This document shows positions 1-22,116 of a stretch of 64,000 nucleotides of DNA, piece after piece. How positions within the stretch are numbered: position 1 is the first letter of the stretch; each line of letters starts with the position of its first letter. Position numbers and translations under genes: made by a program. Below the pieces are notes generated by a model, which was not told the DNA's origin, ran no database searches, and saw nothing but the letters and a program-made list of their open reading frames with translations. The stretch spans positions 4,157,144 through 4,221,143 of the forward strand of contig CM082597.2 in assembly GCA_040954595.2 (NCBI GenBank), read 5' to 3'. This DNA is from Balanoglossus misakiensis. Taxonomy: Eukaryota; Animalia; Hemichordata.

Positions 1-82
1 GTGATGTCGTTGTCCTTCAGAGTCCAAATATGTTTGCTGAGTTCGGTGGAGTTCCTGGAGTTAGAATGATGAAGTGTGGTTT
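1..82 (-). mobile_element. Degenerate fragment of a Penelope-like retroelement GIY-YIG endonuclease, cut by the window edge
   Basis: Minus strand reads HSNSRNSTELSKHIWTLKDNDI, with NHTSSF in a shifted frame just upstream. This resembles the 'NHxxSF..STELSKHIWxLK' motif of PLE endonucleases (recalled, not searched). Confidence 0.55.
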
Positions 83-1269
83 CATGTGTGGTTTGTCAGT
101 TTTTATTTTAGTGGGGACAGAAGAGAACACTCAACAAAATATAAACATTGAATGTTTGCAGTCTTACTGTTAGAAGTTTTATTCAGCAATATACAATGCC
201 ATACTATATATCACCATACGCTACAAACACTGACATACTACCATTCAGAATAATTTACTTTGCTACAGATCTCGCATACTCTACAAATATACATATGGCT
301 TCGCTCGAAAGATATAATAAGCTTTGAGTTGTAGAACTTGCTAATTATATAGGTTAGCACAGGCACTGTATTCAGCTGGATTTGGTCGGTTTGGTGAGGT
401 CAGGGGTCAGGTGATGAGGTCAGAGGTTACACCACAGATCTTTTTGTCTTGAGGTTAGTGGTAACAGAGACTCAAGGTTGAAGTTTTTTCAAATCTGAAA
501 TTCATCACTAAAATTTGAAATTGTCTCAGGCACGCATGTAGGATATGTCTCATTGCAGCCTACAATCAAGCTGAACTTATGATATTACAAACTTCATTGA
601 GTATAAAAACAACTCGGTCATCAGGCTATAAATGTCGATATCACCCTAACCTCAGATATTAAACCTGTAGTGTGACTTTCTCAACTTTGATCTCTGACCT
701 TTGCAATACACTGATTTTGAACCTTGAACCCTGACCTCCAAACCAAGAACAAATCACAGCCCCCACTAAACATAGAGTTTTGATATGTATACAGTCACTG
801 TGACAAAAATAAAAGGATAAAATTTAGATAGCGTTTTTTTTATGGGATAAATCAAGCATCTAAGTTAATGGCAAGCTATAGTTTGTAATACATTGTTCTT
901 GATACACTAGTTGTATCATTTCTAGGAGAAATTACACTAATAATTACAATCATGATTTTGCAATACATCAATGAAATATGCACCTGAGCGGCAGGTCATG
1001 TGACAAGTCATGTGACAAGAAAGTCAACCGAATTCCAGCCAAGCACCACACTTTACTGCAGTATTTGGTGACTGAAGTTGTCAAAAATGCAATAATGAAA
1101 ACAGTCTCCCTTTATAACATAGTGAATTCAGAAGTATAGTGCCACAAGTGTTGAATAACTGAAAGATAAGCTGGACTTGAATATGTTCATGTTCTGAGTC
1201 AACTGATAACTGAAGGTGGCTTTCCCTGCATACATGTATTTATATACCCTTTTCCTGCCTATCTTAACC

Positions 1270-1358
1270 TAACCCTTCCCCCCTCCATCCCTCTGTGCAT
1301 TTGAATTTCCCCAAAGAAAACAATGGATTTGGACCAAACCATGCTGGTGCTAGGGTTA
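1270..1358. mobile_element. ~90-bp piggyBac-type MITE copy (family 1)
   Basis: taacccttcc...agggttaa ends; core 'aaaacaatggatttggaccaaaccatg' is shared with the copy at 47181. Confidence 0.65.
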
Positions 1359-1948
1359 ACACAGTGTACTGAAAGCTTGATAAAAATTGTACAGAACACA
1401 GTTCTCACTATTTTTAACAACTAGTGATGTATTCCCACATGTAAATCATTGCACAACATATACATCACAAAATCCAATACATTTCAGTTATGTTATAGAG
1501 ACCTGAAAAAAATGTTAACTGTTGATAGGAAACAATATGGCTGCCCTGCAGCGCCCCCTAGAGGCAAAAACGGATTATTCAGCGCACCCATGTGGCATCA
1601 TGGGAATTCCCAAAAATTAGTCAACGGCAAACAAAAAAATCAATCTAAATGGCCACTGGAATTAAAAAAAAAAATTGCCTCTTGTTGATTGGCTGTAGTA
1701 GAGAAATCAACCAATGACAGCAGGGCAGCAGGATTGTGGCAAAAAATGCCTCTGGCAGGTGACGACTACTTCAATTTTACACAAATTGAAATAAAACTGA
1801 CTTTCAGTCAGCCGACATAAAACTCAAATGTTTTAAAAACAAAAACGTTTCCTTAATCAGACAAAAAATATTAAAACTCATATTTTATAAACAAAACAAG
1901 AACATTTTGTCGGTCAGCCAAAAAAAACATGATTTTGGCTAACTATGT

Positions 1949-2922
1949 TCATGGTGATAGCACTGTTGTCAAAGCTTCGTATAAGGGTGCGCATAATTTC
2001 TCGTATCCTTGTTTGGTTAAATGCAAATAATCGTACATGTCGCAGTAGTCAATGGTACCATCGGCCTGGATGAATCCTCCGTCACACTCCACGAGCTGCG
2101 TAGTGTCGAAATGTTTGACCATATTTGGAAGAGCATCGTTGATAGCTCTTATCTTCTCTCTTAGGGGGTTCGGATTGTGCCCCCTAGGTGGAATTGTCTG
2201 TACATAAAGAAAAACACACCACCACAAAAATTAATACGGTCGCTTATGCAAATTTTACCACAAATGCCATGGAAAATTAAAATATAGCGAATCAGAGATT
2301 TTCAGTGGGTGGCACATGCAAAACGTCTAGTAAATTTATCACTTCATTATTACACCTCATTAGAATACAAATGCATAAACCTTAGCCCAGTGCTAGCATA
2401 TTGGAAAAGAACATTTGGTCTGTACTGTACTCACCATGAGAAATATTTGAGCTTGAGGTTGTTTCGTTGTAACTGTTTCTACAATGGCTTTGAGACCACC
2501 CAAAACTTGCTCAGCCGTGTGCCCGTGATTGTTGGTCCCTGCTAATATCACTATTACCTGCAGACAGAATGGAATGTTCCAGTCAGATGGAAAAATTATG
2601 CTGTAGCCAACAGACACAGATGATAGGTGAAAGGTACAATTTTGCCATTGTAACCAATGGAGTTGGATCGAACCATTATGAATGAAGGGGTAATACTAGG
2701 TGGGTTACTTCCTTACCTTGGGTTGAACATAATCTAACTCTCCATTCTGTATCCTCCAAAGAACATGTTGGGTTGCATCGCCGCCAACGCCAAAGTTTAG
2801 ACAATGCATTGGAACAAACCACTTATTCCAAACCTAGCAGTAAGAGAAAACATCATTAGCTGCGCATACAACCAAATATTTCACCCAAATCAGTTCAAAA
2901 TTGATGATGATGGTAAAGATGA

Positions 2923-2956
<34 letters not shown>

Positions 2957-3583
2957 GGTGGTGGTGATGATGATGATGATGATGATGATGAAATTATCAA
3001 TTGCACAAACAGATACTTACATCAGAAAGAGCCATGAGTTGTATTAGAGAATCACCAATGAATAATACATCAGGTTCTTTATCTTTACTCTCGTTGACAT
3101 ATCGCTGATGCTGAAATAAGTGATACACAACAAAATTACATACATATGCCAATACAGCATTGTAAATTCATTGCCACTTGTTAGGTAATGACCTTCACCC
3201 AAAACTGAAAAAATTATCAGCGAAATCAACAAGATATAGATGCAGGGCTTTTACGATCTGATACATAAGATGTACATTTCATCAATAAGGATTTGTAATC
3301 TACATTTAGACCAACTGAATTAATTAAATAATTTACTATTCATTAATAACATGATTATCAGGTCAAGCCAAAATTGCCATTAAAAACGAAAGAAATATGT
3401 GTGTAAATTTAGATGCTAAAGAAAACTTTAATGTGGGATGGGTCGCGTCTTCCGAGTCATTTTTCAAGGAATCTGAAAATCAAAGATTGATTGAGCGAAC
3501 GCGGATATGCTACTTACAATGCTCATCCATCGACCGTCGCCTTGAACATCCTCGACCGGTACGGGCGTCGCTGCCGGGTTCAT
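1949..3583 (-). CDS. PAFAH1B2: Platelet-activating factor acetylhydrolase IB catalytic alpha subunit (SGNH hydrolase), ~214 aa
   Basis: Exons 3518-3583, 3021-3110, 2717-2833, 2435-2557, 1949-2197; all introns GT-AG, phase 0. MNPAATPVPVEDVQGDGRWMS, FIGDS (catalytic Ser), NFGVGGD, GTNN, DYLH (Asp/His). Likely co-ortholog of PAFAH1B2/B3. Confidence 0.95.
2905..2990. repeat. Compound (GAT)n(GGT)n(GAT)n microsatellite, intronic
   Basis: Directly visible. Confidence 0.95.
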
Positions 3584-4757
3584 CGTCGATATTCTGTCTA
3601 TTTCAGTTTCGTGCCGCGGGTGGGAAGGTCTGGAATAAAAAATCTGACTAATCAATGAAGTATGATGTCACTGAACAAGAGCAGGGAGAAGGGAGACGTG
3701 AATAGACTACCTCACTGCCTTCGCAAGATAGTGCTTTGACCCGGAAGTGGAACTGTGTGAAATGAATAAATACATATGGGTATGTTTGAAGGATTCTTAT
3801 TGCTATGGAAGCCATTTCACAATTCAGAATTCTTTAATTTTAGCAACTGCCGTATTGAGAGCATGATATATTTATTACAGATCCATATGCGCTGTGATTT
3901 TTCGTTCAAAGTCGGCCTAATATTGTACGCCTTTTGCCAACACAACCCATTGTAAAAAATATAGATTGTCTCAATCCTGGCCATGTCCAACCTAGTGATG
4001 GCGCTAGTCTAACCGCAAAACTGGGGACTGACCCACACGTGAACATGTTGAAATAACTTTTATTTACTCATGATCGATCAGATGTTGAGCTTCATGACGG
4101 ACTGGATCGTTTCTGGCACAATACAAAGAGTATTGTGTAATTTGGATATTGTTATACACTCTGAAACTCATCAAAATACAAAGACCACCAGAGAAGTAAA
4201 CATTTTCAGAGTTATACGCACTTTATTTACGAAAATATAACACAAAACAATACCAGTGTAATCCTCATGTAAAACCCAAAATTTACACTTTAAAATGTTC
4301 ATAATGATGGACGATCTGGATAAAAAAGTAAAAACGACATTTGATCGAGTTAACAGCGGAGTTCATTGTCAAGGTGTTTCTAATCAATAAAAAGATTAAA
4401 GTTAAATCTTCTCTTCTCTAAAAACATAATTTTGTAGAAAAAAATAAAGCACCCTCATAAAATTCACTGTTCCCTGCCCACGTGTGGGAAGTTTTTGGAG
4501 ATACCAACTGACCACTTGTATTACTTGTCTAGCAACCAGTTGCTATGGTAATTAACTTAGTCTAGCAAGATCTCACAATGTACAGAAATCATCTATTGCA
4601 ACTTTGCAAACAGGAAAAAGTTTTTCAATCAGTACGATTAAAATGACGTACGATATAATTTGCATTGCATACCTAAAACATGCAATAAAAACATAATTTG
4701 ATTCATCTAACTTCTAACGTCAGCCTCTTGCATGATATGCAGACCGGTTTCACTGCA

Positions 4758-5354
4758 CTACAGGTATGTATCCTCTATATCTGGGTCTATGTCTGTGCTT
4801 TCAAGCAATTTGACGATGCTCGGTTGATGGGTCTTCACAGCGAGAATTAAATGTTTGTAAGCTTGGGCACCTCTGAACGGAAGACAGTCGATCAGGACCC
4901 GGGCCTTGTCGTTGTTTGTCTTCGCGCTCCGGATCCTGTCGTAATCGGAATACGTCAGCACGCCCTCCATCAGAAGGTATTGCACGAGATCCTGGTTGTT
5001 CATGTCGAGGTTTCGGATGAGCGTGTCGCGGTGAATAACAAGTCGCTGGCATTCGTCCTGGTTCGTGTCGCTAGGGTGTTTGATAATCGGCGTGTCCTGC
5101 AGCAGCTTTAGTAGATGCGGGTAGTGATCTTTCAACGAGGACTTGAAATGTTGGAAAGCAAGCGGCCCCTTAGTAGGGAGGATATCAAGAAGTTTCCGCA
5201 CGCGACTTTCCTGCTCTCGGCAAGCGTAAATTTTATCGCATTCGAATTCAGTCAAGACGATACGGTTCAAGTACAGGATCACTCGGTCAACGTTCAACTC
5301 TTCAATGAATCTCTCACGGTGAATTCGCAACTTTTCTCTGTCTCGTGGTTCCAT
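4758..5354 (-). CDS. Tandem CARD-CARD protein, 198 aa, single coding exon
   Basis: Two CARD-like repeats: MEPRDREKLRIHRERFIEEL..VRKLLDILPTKGPLAFQHFKSSL and ECQRLVIHRDTLIRNL..KARVLIDCLPFRGAQAYKHLILAV. Likely 5'UTR intron with acceptor at ~5385 and GTGAGT donor at 6248-6253. Confidence 0.85.
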   Translation of the reverse strand: MEPRDREKLRIHRERFIEELNVDRVILYLNRIVLTEFECDKIYACREQESRVRKLLDILPTKGPLAFQHFKSSLKDHYPHLLKLLQDTPIIKHPSDTNQDECQRLVIHRDTLIRNLDMNNQDLVQYLLMEGVLTYSDYDRIRSAKTNNDKARVLIDCLPFRGAQAYKHLILAVKTHQPSIVKLLESTDIDPDIEDTYL

Positions 5355-6253
5355 TTTGCTTCAGCCAACTTTTACTCCAGTGCCCTGTAATAAATTAACA
5401 AGACTATATTAAGTTTAATAATAAGTTGTTTTGTTTCAGTATTTTTGATAATCTAGTAATCAACATTTTATGAGCATAGTTCTTGGAAAGTTGTCTACAA
5501 CACACACACAGGCAGTACATTGCCATGGCAACATGTTATAAAAAGGCACTGACATGTTATCAGATCGTACCAAAACCGGACATGATATTTGTAACAGGAT
5601 CTGCGCAACAGTATAAACGCCAGCTGTTTGCGTAACACACATGATCTATTACATTAATATTATATCGCGTCATCTAGCTGAGGTAATGTGTTTGGTGCGA
5701 TGTCGAACTACTAAACAGCGGTCTTTTTCGAGGCCATATACGGTCACAGCTTCATTACATTTACAGAAACAATTACATTAATTGGAAACAAATCGCTGTT
5801 GATTTGGCATTAGCATTTACACCTACGGACGTCCACCGCGGTCATTTTGCGGGGAACAATACAAGTTATGCAAACAATCAACTCTCTTCTGGTCGTTAAC
5901 CTTACACTTATAGTACCAGAGAAATGCGTCAGCCTTGGCCAATAATTGTGAGCTTCCTGCCAAGTGTCTCCAAGGTTATTTTCTTGTCTTGAAAATCGTA
6001 CCACTTGAAACAGCCCACATTTGCGTCATATAAATCAAAGAGTGCTTTAAATGTGTTTGATCAACCAAAACATAGATCATAATCCGTCACTGCATTACAA
6101 CATGTTCGCGATCGCCGGTGAAATGTACAACGCATCGCGATCGTGTAAATTTCGGGCGCGGTGATCGTGTGTTTACAAACTTTCACTAACTGGCGAAAAA
6201 CTTTCAGGACTAACAAGAAAGCGGCTTTCTAAACATTTACATCATATACTCAC

Positions 6254-6583
6254 CAGTAAAAATAAAAGCAGAGTCAGTAAAGCCTTTACCAGTACCTGAA
6301 CTGGTAGACGCTGTGTTGTTATCACGCGTCGATTAGATAACTGTGTTTGTTTCCACTTTCCCTGGCTGGCACTGAAATCTCGCGATAACAAACGAGACCA
6401 CACGGGTACACGCCACGACGATCAACTACGCATGCGTCGGTTGCTATGGCTGCACTCGAACAAGCAAAGAGAAGACGGACATTAGAACGTACGATATGGT
6501 ACAATAACATTGAGCGATTTCGGGATAAAATCGGTAGTCATTCATCAATCAGTGAATGCAGTTAGCTTTTTAAGGAACCCAAG
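6254..6583. promoter_or_regulatory. Bidirectional promoter region between the CARD gene and CFAP91, with an imperfect RFX X-box
   Basis: CpG-rich head-to-head interval. GTTGCTATGGCTGC at 6440-6453; a better X-box, ATTGCCATGGCAAC, lies at 5519-5532. Confidence 0.55.
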
Positions 6584-15525
<8,942 letters not shown>

Positions 15526-16510
15526 TTTAAGACTTATTTTATATAATTCACTTTCAAACACCTTTGATGTATTTGTAAGTATGAAAGCAAGGATTTTAAA
15601 AATAAAAACTGCAATATTTCTTCAGAAAATATCTGCATTTTGTTCTTGAATTTTGTTTAAAATGTTCAAAAAAATTGAGTTTCGAATAAGTGGAGACTTT
15701 ACTTAAAACTTTTGATACTGATATGATGGAAATTATAATAAAACAATAAATGTGGATCCATCTCCATTATGTATTGTTCATTTATATAGTCAAAATATAC
15801 AAATTAAAATCTCTATTAATTATTTGTAATATTTTGAGGAGCATGTGAGGTGTATAAAAATCAAGTTACTATTGCAGACATTGTTGTACATAGACGGGAC
15901 AAGATTGGTGAGGCCCTATATTAAATTGGAAGTTTGTAATATTGTTTTTATGACAGGGACCATGGTCGAGAGCTCAGACTGAATTCTAAGGTTCCCATAC
16001 TAGATCTACATACAGACACTTTGTATATATAATCCTTGTTCATACCAGCAGAGTATAGTTTTGTACTAAACTCAAGTCTGTGTTTTGTTATGTGTGGTGT
16101 GTTCATTTTCCCCAGATGATGTAAATAAAGACATTTTTGATTTTAAAAAACCTTGTGTTTGGTGAAATGTGTGGAAGTGATATCTATGTAAATTTTAAAA
16201 TGGGTTGCAGTAAAGACAAAAGTTTAATGCACATTTTATTCAAAAACATGAAAAACTCTAAAAATAAAATGTTGCAATACAAGTTGCAGTGTTAACATGG
16301 TATATACTCTGAATGTAAATATTTCCTATTTTCTTGAATTTGAACTCTGAAAGCTTTCTTGCAAATATTAACTTGTTTCTCCAGTTTGACTAAAATACCG
16401 AAATTACGTTTCTGTATTTAAAAAATACAACCCATAGCACTTGAAATTCATTGTCTTATAACATAAAGTCAGTCAATTCCAAGGTGGTGTCAGCAACTGA
16501 TTTATAAGCT

Positions 16511-17168
16511 CTATCCAAAGTTCTCGGTCTTCTGTCTTCTGAATAGAAGTACATGAGGTTCTGTGAAGAAAAGTTAGAATACGAAATATCAATGAAATGA
16601 AACTACATGATCAAATTCAGACTTGTACCATATCAATGTTCATGTGTAAGTATCCTACTAGAGTGAGAAATCAACCTGATGATGTCACATGACTGCCTAG
16701 CATGTTATTCAAAGAGCTTGAATGCTGTCCAAAATATCACAGGATGACCAGAAAATTACAGTAACTGAGAGATACGGACTCATATTTGAACTTGACATTA
16801 CCTGGTACATGTATCATGTAATGTTGCCATCCCGGCGACTGCTGCACGCCAAGATTCCTCCATTCGGTCTCAGTCATCAGGTGGGTCTTGGGTACCAACT
16901 TGGCTAGATCTTGTGGCAAGATCACGTGTCTGTGAAAAGGAAGGCAAAGTATGGGATAGTTGCATCATTTTATCCCATGTACATGTCTGAGATCTCTTGC
17001 AAGTGAAACTGACATGTACATCAGTTAATGTTGGCAAACTGGCTGACAATAACATGGATGGCATGCAAAACACTTCCAAATTTGTCAAGTATCATACCTG
17101 TATTCGAATCGTTCATCATAATATTTCTCGGAGTATGTAATCTGTTGTTGGGCAGTTTCTGAAGGCAT
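16511..17168 (-). CDS. CKS1: Cyclin-dependent kinases regulatory subunit, 82 aa
   Basis: Exons 17098-17168, 16802-16929, 16511-16560: [67 protein letters not shown]. Confidence 0.97.
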
Positions 17169-17439
17169 GATTCACGTAGTCTGATCGACCACCCACCCTT
17201 CCAAACCAGATTTCTACACGTCTATACTCGCTCGATCGTGGGATCACAGTAACACGGGACTTCAGAAGTTCATCACACTACAATCTGAGCAGTAAAATTC
17301 ACAAACGAGTGTATAAGACGATGAAAACAACACTCTCAATCGCTGTGGTAATGCATTACATACACTCGCACACCAAAACAAAATTCCCACTTCTCGCTTG
17401 AATTCTCACGATATTCCACGAGACCACACGGAAATCAAG
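17169..17439. promoter_or_regulatory. Bidirectional promoter CKS1/SDHC
   Basis: Only ~270 bp separate the divergent start codons; a YY1-like CAAGATGGCG overlaps the SDHC ATG. Confidence 0.7.
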
Positions 17440-20320
17440 ATGGCGCTGCTTGTGAGGTGAGTGATTACGTGACTGCTTTAAACACCGCGCTGGCGGCGAA
17501 AATAACCACGCTTTTAGCTAATTAATGTGTAAGACAACATGCTATTCATTTGAGGCATTCAGTGGTATTATCAGAAGCCGATTACTAGCCAGGAAAGTGG
17601 CGAAATACATCTTGTCTGTCTACGTGACCTTCAGGGCTGAGGTCACGTCAAGACGACCGGCGGATTTTAATAGTTTCATAACAATATTTTGAGAAATTGT
17701 AGGAATTAAACGTTTTCTGACTTAAGCATGCATAATCGTGGTCGAAACTGTTCGCGTACAGTAAATTTTACCCGTTTATTTTGTGTCGAGTTTTACGTAC
17801 TCGATGGTTGACACTGAAATGAACCCTGTCTGAGGAATTTGCGTAAGTAAAGGTCATTCACCCGTTGGGGGACTGTTTCATGACTTTTTCGTATTTCTCG
17901 TAGTAATCTAGGGGGTTTAGTAATAACTATTAACTTATATAAGTTCCCCTTGAGTGAACTTTGTGTGTCATCATAGTGGATTACTAATAAGATTTCTATT
18001 ATTTTATCTGACTGATCAATTAGGTGTCAGAATTTGCTGGTTAAACAATCCAGCCCAATTTTACTGTGCAGGTAAGACATCATTCATCAAAACATATTTG
18101 CGTGCAACACTTTTGAGTAACCCTATTTGGGGTGGAAGGATCACAGACAATTGTATTTTTTGCCATATCCATTACACATGAGATACTAGTATACCTGAAC
18201 ACTGACATGTTGGCCAGTCCATCAAAGTGCAGTGTATTGAAACAGATGTTCAACAAACGGGAGAAACTCTATGCCAGTTCTGGGACAGTTATCTAGAGAT
18301 GTTACCCCTCTATCCCTTACCCAAGCCCACACTGGTTAGTGGGAATAATGTACATGTATTTAGACATCAAGTAACCCCCCCCCCCCCCTTCTTGAAACTT
18401 GACAGGGTTGCATCAGGCAGCGTGACCACACCAAGCAAAGTACCACTGTATCAACTAGAAAACCGCAAGCAGAAAGAGGAATTCTGGGATTTCCAGAATG
18501 ACGTCTTCTGGAAGAAGCAGAAGACGTTGAAGCGTCCTCGCTCACCATTCTGGATTTATGAGGTAGAAGAATTAAAACTTGTTTCCATAGTTTTGTAATG
18601 TGAGATAAGTTTGTAGTCGTCTTATCATAAATGTATTTTGATATGGTATAATTTTATGTTCTCAGTAGATGTGATGATGATAGATTTTTAGAACACTAGA
18701 GTTACATGCTGGACCTTAAAGGTATACAGTCACCTCCAAATTACATACGCCCATATATGGCTGAAATGGCGTATTTGAGTGTTCTAAAGAACGCTCTTTT
18801 TTCGCGTGTGCCACCCACTGAAAATCTGTGATTGGCTAGATCTCAATTTGCCATGGTAACTATAGACAATTTTCCATAGGTGACCGTATACCTTTAAATA
18901 GTAGTCTAGCCATCTAATGCTGGAAGTTGGTTCAGACATGTACATGGGGTGTGTGTGTGTGTGTTAACCATGCATATCGCACACATTCATAGGGCAAATG
19001 AAAACTTGTTCTTCTGCTGCCTATGAGAGATGTAACAGTAGGTACTTGGAAGGCATACGTCTCACATTTCTTGTTTTGTCATTTGCACACAGCCCCAGCT
19101 GACAGCCATCTTGTCCATCAACCACAGAGCTACTGGTGCTATCATGGCTCTCAGTGAGTACATTGTGATTTATTTATATAGCTAGTTTTGCACCTAGTTC
19201 TCGTTAGGCAATAGTGCAGGGATGTGAAAATACCAAGAAAAAGAACCAACTGTTAGCAAAAATCAATCAATATTGTATGTCCTGCATTTGTGTTAGACCC
19301 TGCATAAACAGTTCCAGACTGGTCTCCAACAATACATGTAAAGCTGCTATAGGGCAACCCTATACCTTTACAAGTTTTGTGGATAATTTTCTTGAGTCAC
19401 CAGTAAGTTTGTTGAGTCAGTGGCACATCATATGTGCTTAGAGGTGCATGTACTCAAAGACTGACACTCCATAGCTCTAAATCGTGTGCATCCTTCCTTA
19501 GCTGCATGTGCCCATTAGGTCACCAGTTCATGACAGTATATTTTTCTGAAAAATAACCTTGTTAAAAGATTTCACCCGAGATCTGCTCTGCCAAACAGGT
19601 ATTGCCACATTCGCCGTGGGCATCAACGTGGCGCCCCACGACTTCATGCACTATGTGGATCTCATCAAGGGATTAGATCTGCCAGTCGTTGTGCCATACT
19701 TAGGCAAGGCCGTCATTGCGTGGCCTCTCATGTATCACATGGGAAATGGTGTCAGGCATCTGGTAAGTGAACTTTGCACTGTGCAAGATTTTTTTTCCCA
19801 CCGAAACAGGGAATGTAGGCAATCTCTGGATATGAATGTAAAAGTATTATGCAATTCTAACATGGTTTTTGGATGATTGATGGAAATTTCTTTGCATTTA
19901 CCTCATATACATGTACTGTAAAACGGGAAACTTTGTGATATCAACAGTTTCACAACAAATAATTTTCGTTATATATGCATCTGTTATAAATGATATGGGT
20001 TTTGTCATTAGTGACTGTGTGGATTTTGGTATGTGTACATTGTACTGCAGTCAGTATCATAGTCATCAGAATGTTGTAGACTAGATTAGGTCTTTGAATT
20101 CTGACTGGCAGTTACCTGCATCACATACTGCATGGAGATCTGTGTTTGCGACATCCTGGTTTTACTCATCATAACCATCAACTCTCCCACTTGACTATTT
20201 CAGTTCTGGGACATGGGTTATGGATTCCAGATGAAGAACTTGTACAGATCCGGATACGCCGTGTGTCTGTGGTCCATCGTCGCTGCAGCCGCCCTGGCTG
20301 CCATCCCGGTTGCCAGTTAA
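17440..20320 (+). CDS. SDHC: Succinate dehydrogenase cytochrome b560 subunit, ~187 aa
   Basis: Exons 17440-17456, 18024-18071, 18406-18562, 19093-19153, 19599-19762, 20204-20320. FWKKQKTLKRPRSP, PQLTAILSINHRATG, YHMGNGVRHLFWDMGYGF. Exon 2 is the least certain. Confidence 0.93.
18716..18897. mobile_element. TTAA-flanked MITE with AGG termini (Kolobok-like)
   Basis: ttaa-aggtatacagtcacc ... ggtgaccgtatacct-ttaa. Confidence 0.7.
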
Positions 20321-21097
20321 ATTCTGTGTTCTGCTTTTCTTTGTACAAAAAACAGACATCACTTATACTGACAGATTCACGATGATATGAATACAACTGG
20401 CAACTGACAATATGGCCGTTTCTTGGTGATTTGTGGGGATATTCTGCTTATGGCGATGTTTTTTCATCTCATCCCTTGCGATCATTTCTGCATCTTTGTG
20501 ATATCGTGACAAATTTGGGACATTCAGATATAATGCTCATGTTCTCTGGAACATTATCTAAGCCAGGTCACATACAAGTTCTTGTGTTACTGGCTGGGTA
20601 ACGGTACCTGTGTAACTGATGTTGACATCATTGTGTACCTGTCAGTATTTGTGTGTTGACACCATGAAAACCGCTATTACAATAATGTTTGTATAATTGC
20701 GATAGTTGATAGGTCAGTACGCTTGGAAAGTTACAATAATGTGATTGAGTGCCATTATACTATAGCAGAGCCAAGACTGGACAGTGTATTTGTAATATCA
20801 GTAATACAAGACAGGATACCTTGTACACACAAAGTAAAAAGTTATTTGTTGTGCACTGTTTATCACAGAACCAATCCAGCACAAATTTGCTCAAAGAGGC
20901 AGCGTGTGCAGATTTGTGTGAAGAACACCCTCTGAGTTCATAGTATTGCTTTAAATTTTTTCACATTAGAAGCTCAAAGCATAGTCGGTGTGTTATCCCC
21001 AGTATTTGTGTGTATTTTGAACTGCACAGCAGAATTCTAAGTTTTGTTGTAGCACCAGTGATTATGATCATGGCGTCGCACTTTTGAGTATACCAGT

Positions 21098-21191
21098 TTA
21101 ACCCTTTCACCCCTAGTTCCCTCTTTTAGAGGTCCAAACTCACCATAAAAAACTGAGGGTTTGGACTGAACCATGGTGGTGAAAGGGTTAA
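21098..21191. mobile_element. piggyBac-type MITE (family 1), best-preserved copy
   Basis: TTAA-CCCTTTCACC ... GGTGAAAGGG-TTAA. Confidence 0.75.
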
Positions 21192-22116
21192 TATCACATC
21201 CTCACAACATGTACTATGATCTCATATTTCAAGTCTTGTATGGACCAACAGTCAGAAGAATTTTAAAAACTGCTTTCGAAATCTAGATTGTGCATGATCT
21301 TCATGGTTTTCAGATATGGTCTGTTTTAATCATAGCTGCTTTAATTTTGTATTATAGTCGCCACCATTTTGCTTGCAGTATTATCATATTTTTGTTGGCA
21401 GATTCCTACAAGGGATGTGAATAAATTACAAGTTTTCTTTTCACCTGATATTTCGTCTTTTAAAAAAATCAAAAACATATTCCAGTTTACTAATAGCATT
21501 TTATTCATCAGTACATAATTTACAAAGCTATAAGTACAAATATATAATTCCCAGAATACCAGGGTAACTATAGTACAAGGTCCATTGCCTAAAGTTTGTT
21601 TTATTGTAGCATTCCATACAATGGGTATTAGAAACAAAAAAGCATGCAAAATTGACATTTTTGTGAAATTTACACATACATCAGTCAAAAGACATTAAAT
21701 TCAATGATCAAAGTCTCCCATGACATAAATGAAATAATTCTTTCATTTTTCTAAGCAAGTTGTATTTACAAATGTTAAATGCTGTACAAAAAAGGCATCA
21801 AATGATCAGAAATTTACACCATGAAGATTAATACTCCTGCTTACTGTGCTGAAAATCAGTGACTTTGGTAATTATTTACTGAATTTTGCAAGATAAAAAA
21901 AGCAGGCAATAAAATAAATTGTGTAGGTAACAATCTTTAAAGGAAGTGTCTCCATTTGGAATCAAGTTTGCTCATATTTCAGACGTAGCTGGCCATTGTT
22001 CATTGTTCCATCAGTGATGAAGTACTATCACTGGTGCGTGTGATTGGACAGGCAATGGTTTGCACCATTATTGAGTAGGAAGGGGAGGCCTGTTCAGACA
22101 GACAGGGATAAGCAGC

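Noticed and set aside
2804-3037. Poly-Asp/Gly ORF
   Set aside because: Trinucleotide microsatellite within a PAFAH1B intron, on the opposite strand.
18246-18334. Alternative SDHC exon 2
   Set aside because: Its length breaks phase with the next exon and the acceptor is weak; 18024-18071 fits better.
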